In this document: positions 59,807-64,000 of the stretch, piece after piece
Layout of the letters: every line of letters starts with the position of its first letter
How positions within the stretch are numbered: the first letter of the stretch is position 1
Origin: Candidatus Hermodarchaeota archaeon
Lineage (GTDB): Archaea; Asgardarchaeota; Hermodarchaeia; Hermodarchaeales; Hermodarchaeaceae
Reading direction: 5' to 3'
Length of the DNA: 64,000 bases
NCBI GenBank assembly: GCA_016839805.1
Contig: JAEOTO010000015.1
Location: 50,373 to 114,372, forward strand
The notes under the pieces: model-generated
What the model saw: the letters and a program-made list of their open reading frames with translations, nothing else
What the model was told of the DNA's origin: nothing
The model's database searches: none
Made by a program: the position numbers and the translations under genes

Positions 59807-60094
59807 CTACTCCAACTTCTCATAGAGTGTGAGCATTGTCTTAGTTTCTGTGATGTGTACGATTTCAAACGTTACTTCCGGTCGGTAGTGGAGTACCATT
59901 CTGGCCAGTTGTTCAGGCTTCTCAGCTTCAAACAACTGAAAGCCCTGGAATCCAATGCCCATTGTGTAGTTCGGACTGATGGATTTTGCATACTGGCCAG
60001 GATTCTTCTTGATTTTTTCTCTGAACTCCTTGAGTTTCTCAATGGCTTTTTCAAGGTCCTTTGGTTCGTATTCCCAAAACACGATATATTTCAT
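59807..60094 (-). CDS. Small ferredoxin-like-fold protein (DUF3303/GYD-like)
   Basis: MKYIVFWE...GFQLFEAE..E; GAGGTGG RBS. Confidence 0.6.
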   Translation of the reverse strand: MKYIVFWEYEPKDLEKAIEKLKEFREKIKKNPGQYAKSISPNYTMGIGFQGFQLFEAEKPEQLARMVLHYRPEVTFEIVHITETKTMLTLYEKLE

Positions 60095-60360
60095 TTGCAC
60101 CACCTCGCTAGTTCTTCCTTGAATATTTACACAGGAATTGATAAGAGCCTTTCGTATCTGAACGACTAGATTAGGAGGTCGATTTGAACAGTATTGATGT
60201 TAAATCATTTCTTCTTGTAAGATTTTGTTAATTTAGTATATGCAATTTTTTCCTCACTAATAGACACAAATGGCTGCTGAACACTTTTTACTTCGGTATG
60301 TGTAATTTCTTATAAACGTTATATTGCAGAAACCTAACGGACTCTAAAAAAGGAAGTCTT

Positions 60361-60774
60361 TTGGTACACTATGTCTATACTATGATTTGTGATATTATGT
60401 CTGATGAAGCAAAAGACCATGTGGTTGATAACCTAGTAGGATGTACCCTGTCTATCACGGCTTTTAACATGGTCACTGATTTAAACCGAAAACTTGCCTT
60501 CCTTCAACAAATGAACAAGGAGTATAACGCCTTAGCTCACAAGTTAGAGGATGAGAGTATCTCAATAAACGATATAGATGCCGCGGCACCTGTGGCCAAA
60601 GAAAAAATTCCCTCTGAGATGCAACGCCGGGATGACTTCGGGTTAGACAGTGAAGCCGCAGAGCGACTCAGAAAGATGAGCCCCTCCAAACTCGACCAGA
60701 TAATTGATTTCTTGAAACAAAAACGAACCCTAGAAATCCTCACAACATTCTCCTTTAAGGAACCCAAAGAGTGA
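60361..60774 (+). CDS. Hypothetical helical protein
   Basis: ORF fills the intergenic gap; start uncertain. Confidence 0.55.
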   Translation: MVHYVYTMICDIMSDEAKDHVVDNLVGCTLSITAFNMVTDLNRKLAFLQQMNKEYNALAHKLEDESISINDIDAAAPVAKEKIPSEMQRRDDFGLDSEAAERLRKMSPSKLDQIIDFLKQKRTLEILTTFSFKEPKE

Positions 60775-60824
60775 ATCAAAAAAGCACTCGATTAAATCGT
60801 CAGGGTGCAATGGGTGATATCAAG

Positions 60825-61769
60825 TCAGAGACCTGCCTTAGTGAGCATTTCTTCTAATCGAATACGGTCAAGAAAATTGATAGAAACAACTCGGGGATAA
60901 GAGATAAAATCCTCGACTTGCCGGATAGAGGCCGCCGTTTTGATTTCACGAATGATTGGCACGCTCTTGCCGGGACGATCTATGAGTAATCCCACGTCAA
61001 TAATTGGCTCATTTGTGGTCACGCTGGCCCACCAAAATTCATGGGGATACTTCTTGTAAATCCAATCGATAATCTCTTGCCCTGTCTTTTTTGATGCGTC
61101 ATAATGAATTTTTAACCGATATTCCATATCTCCTAAGGCAAAAACATCATATGCCATAGCGAAATGGACGCCTCCTCCTTCTTCTAGATCGCGAAGGATT
61201 TTTCGCACTCGTCTAGGAGTGAGCCTCGTTCGTTGGGCGATTTGCGAGACGGGCATTCGACAATCTTCAAACAAACAGCGTAATACACGTAATTGGTTCC
61301 GCGTAAAGGTAACCTTCTGCCCCCTATCACTCATGAAATAATTGGGTGGTTGGTGGGGGAAATAAAATACAATGGGCCTTATCTCCACTTCGAGTACATG
61401 ATCAAGGCCTTTAAGAAATCTTTGGAATCCTAGGGTTTCACTCGCTCCCGCTACTAGAGCCCAAAATTCATAGCGCCTATCACTGGTTCGGTAAATTTCA
61501 ATGACTATTGGCTGCGTAGCTATCTGTTCCATGAATTCGATGACTTTCTCTGAGCCATCAGTGGAAATATACCCCGCCACATCTTCAACACCAAGCATTT
61601 CCTTGCTCAATATCACTTCGAACCTACGGATCACTTTCTGTTGGCGAAGCTTGTTGATCCGGTTTTTCACAGTATTCGGTGAGACCGAAAGTTTCCGTGC
61701 GAGGGCCTGATATGACATTCTACAATTACCTGACAATTCACAGATCAAGGCATAATCCAATGAATCCAA
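60825..61769 (-). CDS. Double-module Lrp/AsnC-type regulator (paralog 2)
   Basis: Two AsnC-type HTH modules; paralog of its neighbours. Confidence 0.82.
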   Translation of the reverse strand: MDSLDYALICELSGNCRMSYQALARKLSVSPNTVKNRINKLRQQKVIRRFEVILSKEMLGVEDVAGYISTDGSEKVIEFMEQIATQPIVIEIYRTSDRRYEFWALVAGASETLGFQRFLKGLDHVLEVEIRPIVFYFPHQPPNYFMSDRGQKVTFTRNQLRVLRCLFEDCRMPVSQIAQRTRLTPRRVRKILRDLEEGGGVHFAMAYDVFALGDMEYRLKIHYDASKKTGQEIIDWIYKKYPHEFWWASVTTNEPIIDVGLLIDRPGKSVPIIREIKTAASIRQVEDFISYPRVVSINFLDRIRLEEMLTKAGL

Positions 61770-61902
61770 CTATCTAACCTCATCACTGCAAATCTTGTAA
61801 TTCTCCAAATTGCGATAAGTTGTCTGGATGTACAAATCTAATCCAACTTCCCTTCAAATAATGCAATACGACATACCAATTACTAAAGAATTCCTTTTCT
61901 TT

Positions 61903-62859
61903 CTACAGTCCCGCGTCACGTAGGATTTTTTCTAAGTGGTCTCTGAAAGGTATTCCATATTCCACCACAAGAGGATAGTTAATAAAATCCTCAATTTCCT
62001 TCACAAATGGCGCTGCTTTGATTTCACGAATTATAGGGACGCTTTTACCAGGTCGATCAATAAGAAATCCTACATCAACAATTGGCTCATTCGTAACCAC
62101 ACCAGTCCACCAGAATTCAGTCGGATACTTTTTGAATAACCATCCCACGAGATCCCAACCTGTGATTTGAGTTTCATCAAAGCGGATAATGACTCGATAT
62201 TGCAAATCCCCTAGAGCAAAGGGATCGTAATCTACCGCGAAATGTACACCTCCCCCTTCTTCTAACTCGCGAAGGATTTTTCGCACCCGTCGAGTGGTGA
62301 AACCAGTACATTTGGCGATTTGTGCAACGGGCATACGGGCATCTTTAGTCAAACACCGTAACACTTGTAATTGGGTTCGAGTAAAAGTGACCTTCTTTCC
62401 CCTTGTATTATAGTGATAATTTGGTGGAAAGTTGGGATACTGCAAAACCACGGGTTTAATATTCACATCAATTACACCCTCTCGTCCCTCTAGGAACCCT
62501 ATGAACCCAAGTGTATCATGTGCCCCACTTATAGTAGCCATAACCTCATATCGCCTATCTGAGGCGCGAACAATCGTAAGAACGATAGGTTGTTTAGCTA
62601 TTTGTTCCATGAACGCAATCAGATTCTCGGATCCATCAGTGGTAATAATTCCACGGACAATCTCAGCGTCAAGCATTTCCATGCTTACCATTACTACAAA
62701 ATCAAGGATGACTTTTTGTTGGCGAAGCTTATTGATCCGGTTCTTCACCGTATTCGGTGATAGTCCTAATTTCTGTGCAAGGGCGCTGTATGATATTCGA
62801 GCATTCCCCATTAATTTACAGAGCACGGCCCAATCCACTGGATCCAATCCACTCACCAC
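61903..62859 (-). CDS. Double-module Lrp/AsnC-type regulator (paralog 1)
   Basis: Two AsnC-type HTH modules; paralog of its neighbours. Confidence 0.82.
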   Translation of the reverse strand: MVSGLDPVDWAVLCKLMGNARISYSALAQKLGLSPNTVKNRINKLRQQKVILDFVVMVSMEMLDAEIVRGIITTDGSENLIAFMEQIAKQPIVLTIVRASDRRYEVMATISGAHDTLGFIGFLEGREGVIDVNIKPVVLQYPNFPPNYHYNTRGKKVTFTRTQLQVLRCLTKDARMPVAQIAKCTGFTTRRVRKILRELEEGGGVHFAVDYDPFALGDLQYRVIIRFDETQITGWDLVGWLFKKYPTEFWWTGVVTNEPIVDVGFLIDRPGKSVPIIREIKAAPFVKEIEDFINYPLVVEYGIPFRDHLEKILRDAGL

Positions 62860-63084
62860 GACTTCGTTGGTGTAGGAAATTTTTCGTTGCTAATCAACTG
62901 AGATGAAATCTAACTGGGTAACCTTTTTCGCAACAACTCGTGCACATAGAACCTACCTTTTATTAAAAAATTCTCGTTTGACGGTCACTTTCCGCAGATA
63001 TCAAAACCAAATTTTGCTTTTCACCCAAGTTGTATGCATATCTCTGCCTAGCCCATCTCCCATCAATAGATATGCCACCATAAT

Positions 63085-63176
63085 CTAGATGCCAACGCAA
63101 CACCCTGGTTGTGTAAAGTACTGAGAGGTGTTGCATGGCTGTGATAAAACATAGTCATTCACAAGTTGGTTTCTAG
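63085..63176 (+). promoter_or_regulatory. Candidate structured 5' leader (riboswitch-like)
   Basis: Three-way junction plus a 5-bp pseudoknot, ending just before the GGGAGG RBS. Confidence 0.45.
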
Positions 63177-63190
63177 CCATTCCATGGGAG

Positions 63191-63694
63191 GTGAACAAGC
63201 TGAAAACCATGACTGTTGTAAAACGATTGGGCGTAGCGTTACTGGCTTTGGCATTCGTATTTGCTTTCATCCCTGGAGCCCAAGCTAAACCACTCCGAAG
63301 TACTATGAGAGTCAACTTTTTCCCTTATGGTCCAGATGGTCCAATCTGGGCGGGACCCATTGTGGGAGATATTGATGGATATATGGAATTCTATGCTGTA
63401 GGACCTATTCCTGATAAGGATACAGGTCATTATCCCGAGAATATACTTGGCTTAGATTGGACAGTACATTTCTTCTGTGAAGAGTGGTATATCTATACCG
63501 AGTATGAAGGGGAGTTACTTATCGCGGGCAATGACAAAGGTTGTACAGTTGCTTCAAACTGGAAGTTCAGAATGAACGGTGAAGTAACAAATGCAAATGA
63601 AGACTATGAGTACTTAATTGGGCATCAAGTGCACATGCATGGCCAAATAACATGGGCATTAGGTCTCGCTGAGGGTCCAATCATTATAACCTAA
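63191..63694 (+). CDS. Secreted beta-rich hypothetical protein
   Basis: Signal peptide ending AQA; followed by a terminator. Confidence 0.75.
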   Translation: MNKLKTMTVVKRLGVALLALAFVFAFIPGAQAKPLRSTMRVNFFPYGPDGPIWAGPIVGDIDGYMEFYAVGPIPDKDTGHYPENILGLDWTVHFFCEEWYIYTEYEGELLIAGNDKGCTVASNWKFRMNGEVTNANEDYEYLIGHQVHMHGQITWALGLAEGPIIIT

Positions 63695-63718
63695 GATGAC
63701 AACGAAAGGCTAGACAAC

Positions 63719-63759
63719 GGAGGGGTCTTGGATGGAACCAAGACGCCTCTCCTCTTTTT
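63719..63759 (+). terminator. Hairpin plus T-tract terminator
   Basis: GTCTTGG-n6-CCAAGAC core flanked by GAGG/CCTC, then TTTTT. Confidence 0.7.
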
Positions 63760-63881
63760 ATTCATAGGGCATTCGTATTCTGTCTTGCTTCATGATGATG
63801 TTGGAGGGATGAGGACCAATTAGTATTGATGGGAGAGTAAGTTACTAAAGTTCGGGATGTGAAATGGTGAAGGACGAGACG

Positions 63882-64000
63882 ATGGCAATTGTGTCCATTA
63901 TACAACACGAAAATATTCGATTCGCGGTTCGCGAAGCGATTCAGCTTCTAGGCGGGATTGGGAGTTTTGTGCAGAAGCAGGATAAAGTAGTCATTAAACC
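63882..64000 (+). CDS. DUF362-family protein, 5' part
   Basis: MAIVSII...AVREAIQLLGGI..FV...DKVVIKP. Confidence 0.75.
   Translation, partial: MAIVSIIQHENIRFAVREAIQLLGGIGSFVQKQDKVVIK

Noticed and set aside
63105-63130. TPP riboswitch (CUGAGA)
   Set aside because: The other TPP consensus elements are absent and the downstream gene is not thiamine-related

Overview
Gene-dense archaeal chromosomal segment. It has TATA-like promoters, frequent GTG/TTG starts, an archaeal-type CODH/ACS and cofC. An Asgard-type anaerobe is the best guess, but that is inference from gene content only. The core content is a Wood-Ljungdahl-related region: cdhA-B-C-D without cdhE, cooC, a divergent fwdB/fwdG/fwdD set, an fwdF-like polyferredoxin and an HdrA-MvhD fusion. 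The window also holds an intein-containing pyruvate phosphate dikinase, a form IV RubisCO-like protein, two paralogous membrane-anchored surface proteins with nested GIFT/DUF4350-like domains, three ICMT-family paralogs, three double-module Lrp/AsnC regulators and a mosaic flavodoxin/methyltransferase/nucleotidyltransferase island. Five signals stand out. (1) A ~160-nt intergenic sequence at 6716-6877 can fold into a double pseudoknot on the + strand. (2) The FwdB lacks its catalytic Cys/His/Arg/His yet sits with an FwdG fused to a CdhE-type Fe-S domain, FwdF and HdrA-MvhD, suggesting a repurposed electron-transfer complex. (3) A fixed-spacing 45-bp repeat family brackets single genes at 54.4-58.1 kb, like a cassette array. 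(4) A three-way-junction, pseudoknotted leader lies at 63085-63176. (5) Both surface proteins have one domain inserted inside another. All functional calls come from reading motifs and hand-pairing bases; no searches or folding programs were run.
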